A stretch of DNA of 62,204 bases, counting the filler, from Chiloscyllium plagiosum (taxonomy: Eukaryota): assembly GCF_004010195.1 (NCBI RefSeq). It is 3 parts of one record of this genome, joined end to end, with 100 filler letters (N's around TTAATTAATTAA, not from the genome) between each part and the next. Parts side by side here need not be neighbours in the genome. Positions count along the whole stretch, not along the records: positions 27,769 to 50,457 come from NC_057712.1; positions 50,558 to 62,204 come from NC_057712.1; 1 more part is not named here. One strand, given 5' to 3'. The number at the start of each line of letters is the position of its first letter. The stretch's first letter is position 1. The notes beneath the pieces were generated by a model, which searched no databases, was not told where the DNA came from, and saw only the letters and a list, made by a program, of their open reading frames with translations. This document shows, one piece after another, positions 38,455-50,760 of this stretch. The translations under genes and the position numbers were made by a program.

Positions 38455-39359
38455 AAGACAATGACATATTAGGGATAGTCAACATGGCTTAGTGCATTGG
38501 AAATTGTGTCTTACTAACTTAATTTTTTTTTTAAGAAGTTACAGAAAGATTGATAAAGGCAGCGTGGTGGACATTGTCTCTATAGACTTCAGCAAGGTGT
38601 TCAACAAGGTTCTGCATGGTATTCTGGTAGACCCTTCCAAATCACCCAGCCTGTAACGTCAACTCTGATTTCGCTCCACAGATGTTGCCAGACCTGCTGA
38701 GCATTTCCAGCAATTTCTCTTTTGGTCACTGATTTACAGCATCCACAGTTCTTTAGGTTTTTATTGGGGTGGTGAAGAAGGCGTTTAGTATGCTTGACTT
38801 TATTGCTCAGAACATTGCGTATAGGAGTTTGGATGTCATGTTGCAGCTGAACAGGACGTTGGTTAGGCCACATTTGGAATATTGTGTTCAATTCTGGTCT
38901 TCCTGCTGTAGGAAAGATGTTGTTAAACTTGAAAAGTGCAGTAAAGATTCAGGGATGTTGCTACGATGAGAGGGGAAAGATTTAAAAGGGACCTAAGGGG
39001 CAACTTTTTTTATGCAGAAGGTGGTGTGTGTATGGAATGAGCTGCTAGAAGAAGTGGTGGAGGCTGGTACAATTACAACATTTAGAAGCCATCTGAATGA
39101 ATACATAAATAGGAAGGGTTTAGAGGCAAATAGACTAAATGCTGGCAAATGTGACTAGATTAATTTAGGAAATCCCATTGCTATAAAGTAGCACTTGCCA
39201 ATGCTTAGCTACCTGATGTTGAAATTTTAAAACAAAAAATTTACTGAATTTGGTTTCAAGCATTAGCTTTTTATTTCCGTGCCATGGATTCTCCATTTGG
39301 CCTATAGTTTCTTATTGCTTTCTCCATGGTAATGCCTCAGCCAATTAAAGTGGACAAAG

Positions 39360-40640
39360 ACCATAAGCAATAAGAAGTGGACTAGGCTGTTCAGTACCTC
39401 AAGACTGCTCCTCCATTCAATAGAATCATGGCTGATCCAATATTCCTTGCATCCATTTTTTTGGGCTTTCCCTTGATCCCCTCCTGTTCAAGAATCTTAT
39501 CTATCTTAGCCTTAAATATACACAAAAACGGTGTTCCCTGTGGCAAGGACTTCCAAAGATTCTGAACACTCAATTCCTCTTTATCTCTATCTTAAATTGG
39601 TGGCTCTGTATACTGAGACTGTGCTATCTGGTCTGAGTTCTCGCACAAAGGGAAACATCCTTGCAACACTTACTCTGTCAGGTCTCTTAAGAATCTCATG
39701 TATTTCAATGAGATACCTCTCATTCTTCTAAATTCTAATTCATAGTGTCCAAACCTGTTTAACGTGTGCTTATAAGACAATCCCTCCATTCAAGTGATCA
39801 TTCTAATGAACCTTCCCTGAATGCCTCCAATGAAATGCTGTAAGGAGACTGAAACTGCTCACAGTATTCCAGATGTGGACGCTCCAGCACCTTGTACAGT
39901 TACTGTAAGACTTTTACACTCCAGGCCTCTTGAAATGAGGGCAGATAAACCGAAAGAGCTTCGGATGCTGGAAATCAGAAACAAATACTGAAATTGCTGG
40001 AAAAGCACAGCAGGTCTGGTAGCATCTGTGGAGAGAAATTAGAGTTAACGCTTTAGGTCCCATGACCCTTCCTCACGAACAGATACTGCCAGATCTGAGT
40101 TTTCCAGCAATTTCTGTTTTTGTTTTATGAGCCTTTCTGATTATCTGTTGCATTTGTATGCTGGTTTTGTGTTTCATGCGTAAGTAGTCCAAATTTCCTT
40201 TATTTTGCAGCTTTCTGCACCTTTTCTCCACTTAACTAATACACTGTTCTTTTGTTCTCCCTTCCAAAATTGAACAACGTCATACTTTCCCACATGATAC
40301 TCCAGTTGCCAACCTTTTGCTCACTTAGTTAACCTATAAATTTCTTTTTGTAAACTCTCAGTCCCTCTGTCACAACTTGCCTCTGTTTTCTATAAATTTG
40401 GCTACAGTATATTTGCTGCCTTCTTCCAAACCCCGAATATACTGTTACATATTGTAAACAGATACAGTCCCAGTACTGATTCCTGTGGAACCCCAATAGT
40501 TACAACCTGAGAAAGAACCCCTCATTCCTACTTGCTGTTTCTTGCCCATAAGCCAATTCTCTGTCAATGCCAATATACCTCCATCACCATGGGTTCTTAT
40601 CTTATCATTTAATCTTTTGTGAGGTACCTTTTTGAATGTC
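39360..40640 (-). mobile_element. Old CR1 3' region, containing a PLE-derived palindrome at about 39948-40125
   Basis: Inverted CR1 tail at 39360 and RT-like sequence to about 40640. Confidence 0.7.
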
Positions 40641-40999
40641 TAGTCATACAATCAGGACCCTTCTGGTATAAATATATAAATTGTTGTGATTGTTTGAACT
40701 TTGGCATTCTTGTGTTCATCGTGGTGAATGCAAGATGCAAACTTCTAGTCATATTATTCTCATAGAATCCCTACAGTGCAGAAATAGGCCATTCGGTCCA
40801 TTGAATCTGCACTGACCATCAGAAGACTGACCCTCCAAAGATCTGCATCTTCAGCATCTGCAGTCTTCACTTTCTCCTCCAAAGATCATCCCAACCAGAC
40901 CAACTCCCTTAGCCTATCCCTTTAACACTCCATTTCCCACGTGTAACCCATCTACCTGCACATCCTATGGGGAAATGCAGCACGGCCTAAATTGTTTAT

Positions 41000-41417
41000 T
41001 GTCATGTCAATGCCTGGTTAGTCAATGTGATCAGACCCTGATCGATCTATTGGTATACATCGAAGACCCTCCCAAAAAGATACAAAGACTTCTAAGTATA
41101 AAAATAGCTGCAACATCATCCGCAGGAGTGATAACTCGAGATTAACCACCAAGAAGAGAAGACATCCCCGGAAGAAGACCAGAAGGTCATTGCCACGTTA
41201 ATGAAGGCCAAGATCCAGTGTGGTGGTACATGATTATCCAGAGTTAATTAAAGCACAAGATAGTTGATTAGATTTATCGAGTAAGTGGTTAGTTTATAGA
41301 ATATTTTATTTATGTTATTAATTGTGTTAAATAAATATTATAGTTTATTATTATTGAGTCGATTCAAAGTTTCTTTGCTAGGTATAAGAGTTAAACACAC
41401 TGTGGCAGGTGGCAACA
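41000..41417 (+). mobile_element. Possible solo LTR
   Basis: TGTCATG...GCAACA ends, TATAAAA near 41097 and AATAAA near 41329; no clear TSD. Confidence 0.4.
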
Positions 41418-41827
41418 CTCAACAGGAAAGAGTTTACAGTTTATTTTCTAGAAAAGAACTGAGAAATGATCTGATGTCCTCAAAATTATGAAGAGTTGAA
41501 ATGGTGTTCAGAAGATATTTTCACCTGTGAATCAAAAGTTAGGGATGAGCAACAAAGTCCACAATACATGTGAGAAGCATTTGACAAAAACATATTCACT
41601 TAGAGTGATGAGAATGTGGAACTTGTTCCATAAAGAGTAGTTGAGGCAAATAGCGTTGGTGTGTTTAATGGAAAGCTATTTAGGTACATTTGAATGAAGT
41701 GAATATGTTTTTCGGTTGTGAGGAGACTTGTGTGGAGCACAAACATATTGGTCTTTTTCCATGCTGTAATATTTCAAGTGACACCTGCGACAATACTATG
41801 GCTTTAAGCGGTGAATTTTTTTCCCCT

Positions 41828-42095
41828 ATAAAAAGCAAATTACTGCGGATGCTGGAATTTGAAACCAAAAGAGAAAATGCTGGAAAATCTCAGCAGGTCT
41901 GGCAGCATCTGTAAGGAGAGAAAAGAGCTGACGTTTCGCGTCTAACTGACCCTTTGTCTAACTAGTATAAATACCTCCCTATTTCTCCCTTTTTTTAGCT
42001 TTGACAAAGGGTCAGTTAGACTTGAAACGTCAGCTCTTTCCTCTCCTTACAGATGCTGCCAGACCTGCTGAAATTTTCCAGCATTTTCTCTTTTG
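41828..42095. mobile_element. PLE-derived palindromic element with near-identical TSD
   Basis: Arms of about 100 bp nearly perfectly complementary; flanks GAA(T)7CCCCT at 41813-41827 and GAA(T)6CCCCT at 42096-42109. Confidence 0.85.
41997..42035 (+). ncRNA. Minimal type I hammerhead motif with variant U3:A8 core
   Basis: AGCU-UUGACAA-a-GGGUC aguua GACUU-GAAA-CG-UC-AGCU. Confidence 0.65.
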
Positions 42096-42109
42096 GAATT
42101 TTTTCCCCT

Positions 42110-42708
42110 GTTCTGTTTATAAAGGTAGGTTGAGATAGAGGTAGTGAGCAGTCTGCTTCAAAGCTAATAAAATTAAATAGCTTATGAGGCCTTGGGATTT
42201 TTAAAAAAAGTTGGAACACTGGGAGCAGCCTGAGTGAGTGGGGTCAAACTCTCACAGAACCAGGAGTTTTTTTTAATTTAATCTTCCGTAGCATTTGTTG
42301 GCATCTTGAAGCTGGATGTGGAAGCTTTTATTCCTCTCTCTCTCTCAAGCTAAAGCTGGGATTCTGTATCTGCTGCTGGAATTGCATGTGAGGCAATCAA
42401 TTTTAGTGAATTTGCTTTTGCTATGGGTGTGTTATTGGAGTGTTACTGTATTGGAACAGTTAATTAGTAGTAGTTTGTAAGTATTACTTTATTAAACATT
42501 TGGATAGAATTACACTTAAGCCAATTATTTTCTTTTTATTGTGCCTGTATTTTAATTGTAGTGTGTGAATAAAGTGTGTTTTGTTTCAAGCCTAGTAGTT
42601 TGACCAATAAAATTGCATAACCCCTCAGATGTACAATTAAAATGAGAAAAACGTAGAGCCTGGATTATCTTAATATATTTTGAGGGTGGTTTGAAGTGGT
42701 CCATAACA
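42110..42708 (+). mobile_element. Solo LTR-like element (family of 20510-21275)
   Basis: AATAAA near 42568; ends ccataaca; 5' boundary uncertain. Confidence 0.55.
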
Positions 42709-44344
42709 TACCTAAGTAAAGTGGTGTCCCTTGTTTGCATTGAAGCATCCTGAAAATACAGTCAGTTCTTGTGAGCGCCTAGCTAGAAGTCATTCTGTAT
42801 TCTGTTCAGGTGCAGGATAAACACTGTCTGCGCCAACGCTGCTTTAGATCTTATAGCCAAGCACTCTGCCAATTCCCAGTTACAACACTGCAAGCAATAT
42901 ACACTTAACTTTGCACTACATTGCAAACTCTGCACTACATTGATTTGCTATGTCAGTCAATATGGATGCACAGACCTAGGAAACTTAAATTACCTGTTTT
43001 GTTCAAGTTGATCTATTGAAATGACTTTGTTTTGGCTTTTTGTTGGGGAAGTATTATGAATAACTACATGTTGATGCCTTAGAAGCCTTGTGTTACATAT
43101 TTAGCATGAAAAAAATGAGAGTTCTGTTGAATGCTTTAAAATGATTTGCTTTTATTTTAGTTCTTTCCCCCAGTTTGCTTGCATCTCAATATATTGATAA
43201 ACACGTGGATTCAGAAATATGAATGGTCAATGTTAAGATATTTTGATGATATCGCTCAGTTCTGAAGATGTTTGCTGTGGGAATGAGACTAACAAATGAC
43301 AAGACCCTATCTGAGGGCCTTGAATGGTGTTTTTGTGATATAATGCTATAGGTAAAATTTATGGTAAATAGTCTTGTATATTTGTTATGCCTTATAATAA
43401 GGAATACTGACATCGTGCTGAAGTCAAGGTACCATTTGCACAATATCTATACTGTGGTAGACCTATTTACAGCTTGTAGAAAATATTTTTTGAAATTACT
43501 GCTACAACTTCTTTTAGACATGTATTTTGCTGGCTTACTGTATTTGTAATACATTTCCTTCTTAGAACAGCTGTTTTCTATAGTGTAGCTGTTGCTGACC
43601 TGAATTTGAATTCTCCAAACAGTATTGTATACTCAGTACTAACCTTCAATCCAATAACATATGCTGGTCACTGAAGCATAAAATTAACAGCTGCTTCAGG
43701 AATGATCTCAATATATCGAACAACATAGTCAATCTGTCCTCATTTTGTTGTAGATCACATATTCATATTTTTCTGCATAATTTTAGGACACTCATTGGTT
43801 TTAATTGCACATCTGTTGTTTCAGAGTTTATGTGTGACCTTTTTATCTATTGAAAAGTTTACCCATGACTAGCAGTGTAACTGTTCAACACGTAGATATG
43901 CTGTGCAGATTTTTTAATATATACTGTGTGTACGTCACATCCAGTATCGAATGCTTTGGTATGTAACACATTACAACAAAGTACCTTATATTTGAAGATT
44001 ACATTTGGACTTTGAGTTATTATCTACACTGGTTTGGATTAAGGTTCCCACTGCATGATAGGTTTTGAAGCTGTGTGTGAAATGATTTGGATGATTCCTT
44101 TGCTGATTGTATTAAATATTATCGTAATGCACCTAATGTGTACTGGCTGCATATTTGGCACCTTACTTGCATGCCTAAAGTGTTGCACTGTTTGATTTGG
44201 TCTGTTTGGTGCCATGTCCCCCTGCCCTCCAATCCAGAAGCTCTCATGTAAGCCATAAGATCTTTATCGACATAAGGAATTTATGAACCCCAGCTTATGA
44301 ATTTTTCTCAGTATCAGTACTCGGTTCTCAGTACTCATAAAATG

Positions 44345-45511
44345 ACTTCTTATTTCAGTAAGGTATTTGATAAGGTTCCTCACAGTAAGCTATTGCACAA
44401 AATATGGAGGCATGGCATTGACGGTGATTTAGCCGTTTGGATCAGAAATTGGTTAGCTGAAAGAAGACAGAGGATGGTGGTTGATGGGAAATATTCGTCC
44501 TGGAGTTAATTTACTAGTGGGGTACCACAAGGAAATGTTTTGGGTCCACTGTTATTTGTCATTTATATAAATGACTTGGATGAAGGCATAGAAGGGTGAG
44601 TTGGTAAATTTGCGGATGACACTAAGGTCAATAGAGTTGTCGATAGTGATGAAGGATGTTGTAGGTTCCAGACAGACATAGATAAGCTGCAGAGCTGTGC
44701 TGAGAGGTGGCAAATGGAGTTTAATATGGAAAAGTGTGAGGTGATTTACTTTGAAAGGAGCAACAGGACTAAAGAGTACTGGGCTAATGGTAAGATTCTT
44801 GGTAGTGTAGATGAGCAGCGAGATCTCTGTGTTCAGGTAAATAGATCCATGAAAGTTGCCACCCGTGTTGATAGAGTTATTAAGAAGGCATACGGTCTGT
44901 TAGCTTTTATTGGTAGAGGGATTGAGTTTTGGAACATGTGGTCATGCTATAGCTTGGCAAAACTCTGGTGTGGCCACATTTGTAGTATTGCGTACAGTTC
45001 TGGTCACCGCATTATAGGAAGGATGTGGAAGCTTTGGAAAGGATTCAGAGGAGATTTACTAGGATATTGCCTGGTATGAAGGGAAGGTCTTATGAGGAAA
45101 GGCTGAGGGACTTGAGGCTGTTTTCGTTTGAGAGAAGAAGGTTGAGAGGTGACTTAATTGAGACGTATAAGATAATCAGAGGGTTAGATAGGGTGGACAA
45201 TGAGAGCCTTTTTTGTCAGAGAGCAATGGCTAGCACGAGGAGACATAGTTTTAAGTTGAGGGGTGATAGATATAGGATAGATGTCCGAGGTAGTTTCTTT
45301 ACTCAGAGTAGTAGGGGCGTGGATTGCACTGCCTGCAACAGTAGTAGACTCGCTAACTTTAAGGGCATTTAAATAGTCTTTGGATAAGTATATGGATGAG
45401 AATGGATTGGTGTAGGTTAGATGGGCTTCAGATTGGTTCCACATGTTCCACATGTTCCACATCGAGAGCCAAAGGCCTGTACTGTGCTGTAATATTCTAT
45501 ATTCTATGTTC
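44345..45511 (+). mobile_element. CR1 LINE, RT to tail
   Basis: FSKVFDKVPH, GVPQG, KFADDTK and RRRLRGDLIETYKI; (ttctat)n tail. Confidence 0.9.
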
Positions 45512-48500
45512 TCTATTAAATTTAATTGAATCTAATCTGAACTGAAAAAACTGATAATGAACATTGAATAGGGAGAATGTGTGCATCTGGCGTCAATGGA
45601 GGATATCATACTATTTTATGCAGGCTGTCTTGCTCTAGAGTTATTACAAACAAAAAGTATGAATCAAATAATGATAACATACTGAATCACACAGTAATGT
45701 TATAAAGGAACCAGAATTCTTAGTCCAAAGTCAAAACCATTGATGTAACTGAACAAATGTTAAGTCTTTTCAACCTTTACTTGTATATTCCTCCCAGATT
45801 GTGTTCACACACAACTCCAACCAGAACAGAGCTCTTCATAAATAAGTCGTCCAGTGAACAAATAGCCTGTAATAATTATGTATTTAAAATTGGATCATGA
45901 TTCTAATAGGAACTTTCATCTTAAAATGCCTTGAAATAATAAACCATTCCAGATACTTTATAGTAATGTTGCAAAGTAAAATTGGACACCAATCTACTTA
46001 AGGGCACATTGTTAAATTTGTTCTTGGGATCTCGGTGTGGCTGTCTAAGCCAACATTTACAGCCCATCTCAAATTGCTCGAGAAAGTAATGGTGACTCAC
46101 CTCTTTAATATTTGAGTCTGTAGCTGTAGGCACTTCCATGTGATGTTCAGCAGCGAGTTCTAGGATTTTGATGGTGAAGGACCAACAATATAGTTCCAAG
46201 TCAGGATGCTGAGTGACTTGAGGAAAAACTGCAAATTTTAGTGTTCATGTACATCTGCTGTTGTCCTTTAAGTGGTAGAGGTTGGGAGCTTGAAGGTGCT
46301 GTCAAAGGAGCCTTGGCATGTTGCTTCTATGCATCTTGTATATACTATACATTGTTGCCATTGTGTCACTGATATAGAATGAGTTAAAGTTTAATGCAAA
46401 AGTGTGTGCGTGGAAGACGTTTACGAGAATGCTGGCCAAGGAGAAAATAAATACTTTTTAAGGGACAATGTTAAATGCTAGCTCCCTTTAAATGTCCCCC
46501 AGAAGGTTGCATGGTTGAGCTTCACTGGGAGAAAAAGCAACATTCTTATCCATATGTAGAAAATTGTAAACTGAACTCTTTAACAACTGCAAAGCTAGCA
46601 CTGTACGATTGCTGAAAATCAACGGTGATATTCAACTAACCACAAATGACCACTGATAGTCTCCCTATTTCTAAACAAAAGGGACACTATCTCCTAATGG
46701 CCTTCTCCATGAGTAGGGTTTATGTTGCTCAGATTGACGTCTGTGTCTGTCCGTATTGATTTTGTCACCTATGCCTGTTAATTCAAAGTCTTGCATGGAA
46801 AAATAATTGAAATGTCCACTTAATGTGAATTAAGAAATATAAGCAGATAATGTAAAGAGAAGACAAGAGTCGGCCTTTCAGCCTGTCAAACCCACTCTGC
46901 TACTCAGTGAGATCATGAATGATATTCTATTTGAAAACCATTTTCCGCATACCACTTAAAGTTTTTAAGGCAGAATTGGAAACACACTTCTGTTCAACAA
47001 ATTAGAATTGATGGGTACTTAGAAGTAGGTAATTTCAAATGGAAAGTAGTGGATTTTATTACCTAATGCTTTGCAGAGCGCACAATGTTGAGCAACAACA
47101 CAATAGTTTTAACTTAAAGGAGGAGGAATTGTCTAGCTAAACATTTTGCTGAAGCAACAACATCTTTGTGGTGCCACTTCATGCAACCAAATATCCCAAT
47201 GCACGTCACAGTGAGACTATAGAAATTGTATCCATGAAGAAGGCAATTCAACCTGTTCCAATTATAGTGACTGCCCATCATTGTGTTAAGGCATTCTGTA
47301 TTCTTAGAACACTGGTTTGTATGTGCATTTGTTCCCCATCTATCCATTGTGGTATATCAGAGACTTTGCTGCTTATTACAAATTCTTCAAACACTGAAAA
47401 GTCTTTTGCTAGTAACTGTCTTAAACCTTTTGAAAATCAGAATTATATTTCTGTGTAAGTTTATATATTCTGTTGAGCAAAACTATACTTATCAAAAATT
47501 TTGTTACCAGTGATTCCTCGTTGTAGTCTTTTGCGGCTCTGTTGTCTGTTCAACAATGATGCCGATAACTGAAAGTAGCATCACAGCTGTGGTGAGAGCA
47601 ATATCTTGCATCAGTATTCCATAATTTCCTTTTATTCAGTGGCCACATATATTAAAAAAACCCACCAAATTCTATTTAAACCCAAGCTGAATGGGCAAGG
47701 CAATTTGGGGAGTTATATGGAAATACAACACAACAATCGACTTTGGGACCATTTGAAGTTGGTGATTAGTTAGTTACACCCCTCACAGTTGCATCATCTA
47801 CAAACATTCCATTTTCTTGCCTTACAAGTCTATTGACTACCACTTGGCAAGATACCAAATATCCTGAACCAGCTGATCTATAGCAGGTCGTTACCATCAT
47901 CTCACAGACAACTTGAGGTGAACAATAAATGTCGGCCCAGCTAACACTGCTCTCATTTCCAAGAGTGAGTTTTAAAATTTTTCAGGAAAGCATGCAAGGA
48001 CATTTCTAGTAACTCAGGAAGTTACTTTAGCTTCACTGGTAGATCAGATTTTAGTTTCAGGTTATTTGAGGAGAACCTGCATGCTTTTGTAGAGAGTAGG
48101 TTATGTTTCACTAATCTATTACATTATTTTTAAGTAACAAAGGTTGATGTTGAAGGGATATCAGTGGCCTTTTCTCGCTATGGATTTAAAGAACTCTTTT
48201 GACCAAGAGCTAAGGCCTGTTAATTTGAAAGAGTTGTACATGATTATGTCAAATTTAAGATCCTTAAAGAAGTACAGTTACCTTTTGCTCATCTTTTTCA
48301 AGATTAGGGGACGTAGATACAAGGTTTGGGTAAGAGATGCAGGGAGGACGTAAGAAAGAACATTTACGTACAGGAAGTGGTAATGACCTGAAACTTATTG
48401 CCTATGAGGGTGATGGAAACTGAGGCGCTTAACAGTTTAAAAATGAATTAAGATGGGCACTTGGAATCAAAGTTACAAAGCTATGGGAATAGGGTGGGTT

Positions 48501-49084
48501 GGTTGGATTTGTCATGAATTTGTCCATTTGCCAATATGGATTAATTGGCTAAATACCCATCTTCTATTCCGTTTGACTTTTATTGCCTTGTGTTAGACGA
48601 AATGTGGTGGGTACAAGATAATGAGAAGTATCAGCATAGCACAAGATGGAAGGGTGTGCCTAATCCAAAGGGGAAAGGGTGCTTAGGAGGCTGAGGAGAT
48701 GCACTCCTGGTCCTACTTTTACGTGAAGCACTGCACTGTGAATGCAGTTAACCTTTCTTCAGGAAGCAATTTTTGCCTTTTCTGAGGTCAGGCAGAGATT
48801 AGATTTATGAAATAAACAAAATGTGAAGCTTCCAGTTGTGTAATATTTAAATATATAGCCTGCCCCATAGAGATGGTTTGGCTGCTTGTCCATTCTTCTG
48901 TCTCTCTTAAACTTGAAATTTAGCATGTGGGGATCAAGTTTGAGAGTTTTTAAATTTTATCATCTCTTCTGACCCAAGCTCAAAGGGTTTTGAGAGATAT
49001 AAGTCACGCCCCTTTTGCAGACAGAAATAATAAAAAACACATTTGGTTCTATTTATTTAAGAAATATCTCATTTGGTCAAGAGA

Positions 49085-49352
49085 CAATGAATCTAAACAT
49101 TGAGTTAGACCTCATCTACCACCCCCTGAGAAAAAGAACAGGAAATGACATCACCACAGGAAACAACATCACCAACCCAAAGAAACCCAAACTTATAAAT
49201 AGAAAACAGGAATCATCAGCATTGCTTTGCCCAGAGGCCCACTGAAGATGTTACCTAGTAGGGTGATGAAACGTCTGGAAATGAACCTTCCAGCTCAGTG
49301 AGCAAACCTACATCCAGAACTTCAACCTGAGCAACAATCTTCTCAAAACTTG
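49085..49352 (+). mobile_element. Solo PLE 3' terminus (related to 38200-38454)
   Basis: Shared ccagctc.gtga.ca and aatcttctc ending; carries a hammerhead. Confidence 0.8.
49239..49278 (+). ncRNA. Minimal type I hammerhead ribozyme motif, fully canonical core
   Basis: CCA-CUGAAGA-u-GUUACCU agua GGGUGAU-GAAA-CG-UC-UGG. Confidence 0.78.
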
Positions 49353-50254
49353 GTAAAATAAAAAATAAACACTCATTTGTTTTCATTAATTACCCATTAT
49401 TCAGATAAATTTTATTATATTGAGCCTTTTAAGGAATGATGTAACAATTAATGTTATTTTTGAAGGAGCGGTAAATGTGAATTTATTCACTTGTCAAAAT
49501 TTCTTTCCAATAAACAATAAGCCATTAGCTTGAATTAGAAAAAGTAGAATCTATAACTTCCTCAGCCAACATTGTTTGGAATTTTTTTTCTCAAGTTATG
49601 CTTAAATGTAGAAATTTTGTGATGAAGCAGATTGTTCCTCAATTGGAAAAGCACAGGGACTACATCATTAGCCAAGTGATGTAGAATTGGAAAGATACCA
49701 TATGGGACGTAGGATAACTTAAATTAATGAACCATCTGCATGAAATGTGAGTGATAACCTCATGAGTTTATTTTGATTGAGTTGTATTGGACCAGATTTT
49801 GTTGCAGCTGGCATCTAATGGCATTTTCTGTTAGTTAGGCCTATACTTTTAAATTTCTTGGCGTGTAAACACATGAATTAAGAGCAGGAATAGGCTAGTC
49901 ACTCACTGGAACCAGCTCCTGTGTTCAAAGAAATCATGGTTGATCTGATTTCTATGCATTCCTGCCTACCCATGAAAACTTTCCCCTTTTCGTGCCTTGG
50001 ACGAAAGGAAACATTCTTTCCACATGCACCTTGACAAAATCTAGAGGGATCTTGTAAGTTTCAATCAAGTTAACTCTCACACTTCTAAACTCCAGCAGGT
50101 ACAAACATAACCAGTCTAACCCTTCCTTATAAGACAACCTCCCCATTCCAGGTATTAGTCTAATAAAACACCCCTGAACTGTTTTCAAGATATATGCATC
50201 CTTCCTTTAATAAGGAGACCAATATTGTGTATGGGCTTACTAATGCCTAATTTG

Positions 50255-50760
50255 GCTGAAAAATGTGTTGCTGGAAAAGCGCAGCAGGTCAGACAGCATC
50301 CAAGGAGCAGGAAAATCGACTTTTCGGGCATAAGCCTTTCTTCAGGAATGAGGAGGGTGTGCCAAGCAGGCTAAGATAAAAGGTAGGGAGGAGGGACTTG
50401 GGGGAGGGGCGTTGGGAATGTGATAGGTGGAAGGAGGTTAAGGTGAGGGTGATAGGCNNNNNNNNNNNNNNNNNNNNNNNNNNNNNNNNNNNNNNNNNNN
50501 NTTAATTAATTAANNNNNNNNNNNNNNNNNNNNNNNNNNNNNNNNNNNNNNNNNNNNCTATGGTACTCTATGCTACTTTCTCCTCACCCCCCTCTCATTT
50601 ATCTCTCCACTCTGCAGGTACCCTGCCTCTATTCCTGATGAAGGGCTTTTGCCCGAAACATCGATTTTCCTGCTCCTCGGATGCTGCCTGACCTGCTGTG
50701 CTTTTCCAGCACCACTCTAATCCAGAATCTGGTTTACAGCATCTACAGTCCTTGTTTTTA
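50255..50760. mobile_element. Inverted PLE termini flanking the second gap, each with a hammerhead motif
   Basis: Minus arm 50255-50457 (motif 50314-50349) and plus arm 50558-50760 (motif 50631-50666: CUGAUGA-a-GGGC uuuu GCCC-GAAA-CA-UC). Confidence 0.8.
50458..50557. other. Assembly spacer (44 N + TTAATTAATTAA + 44 N)
   Basis: Identical to 27669-27768. Confidence 0.97.

Noticed and set aside
45437..45462. (ttccacatg)x3
   Set aside because: Local slippage duplication within a CR1 tail.
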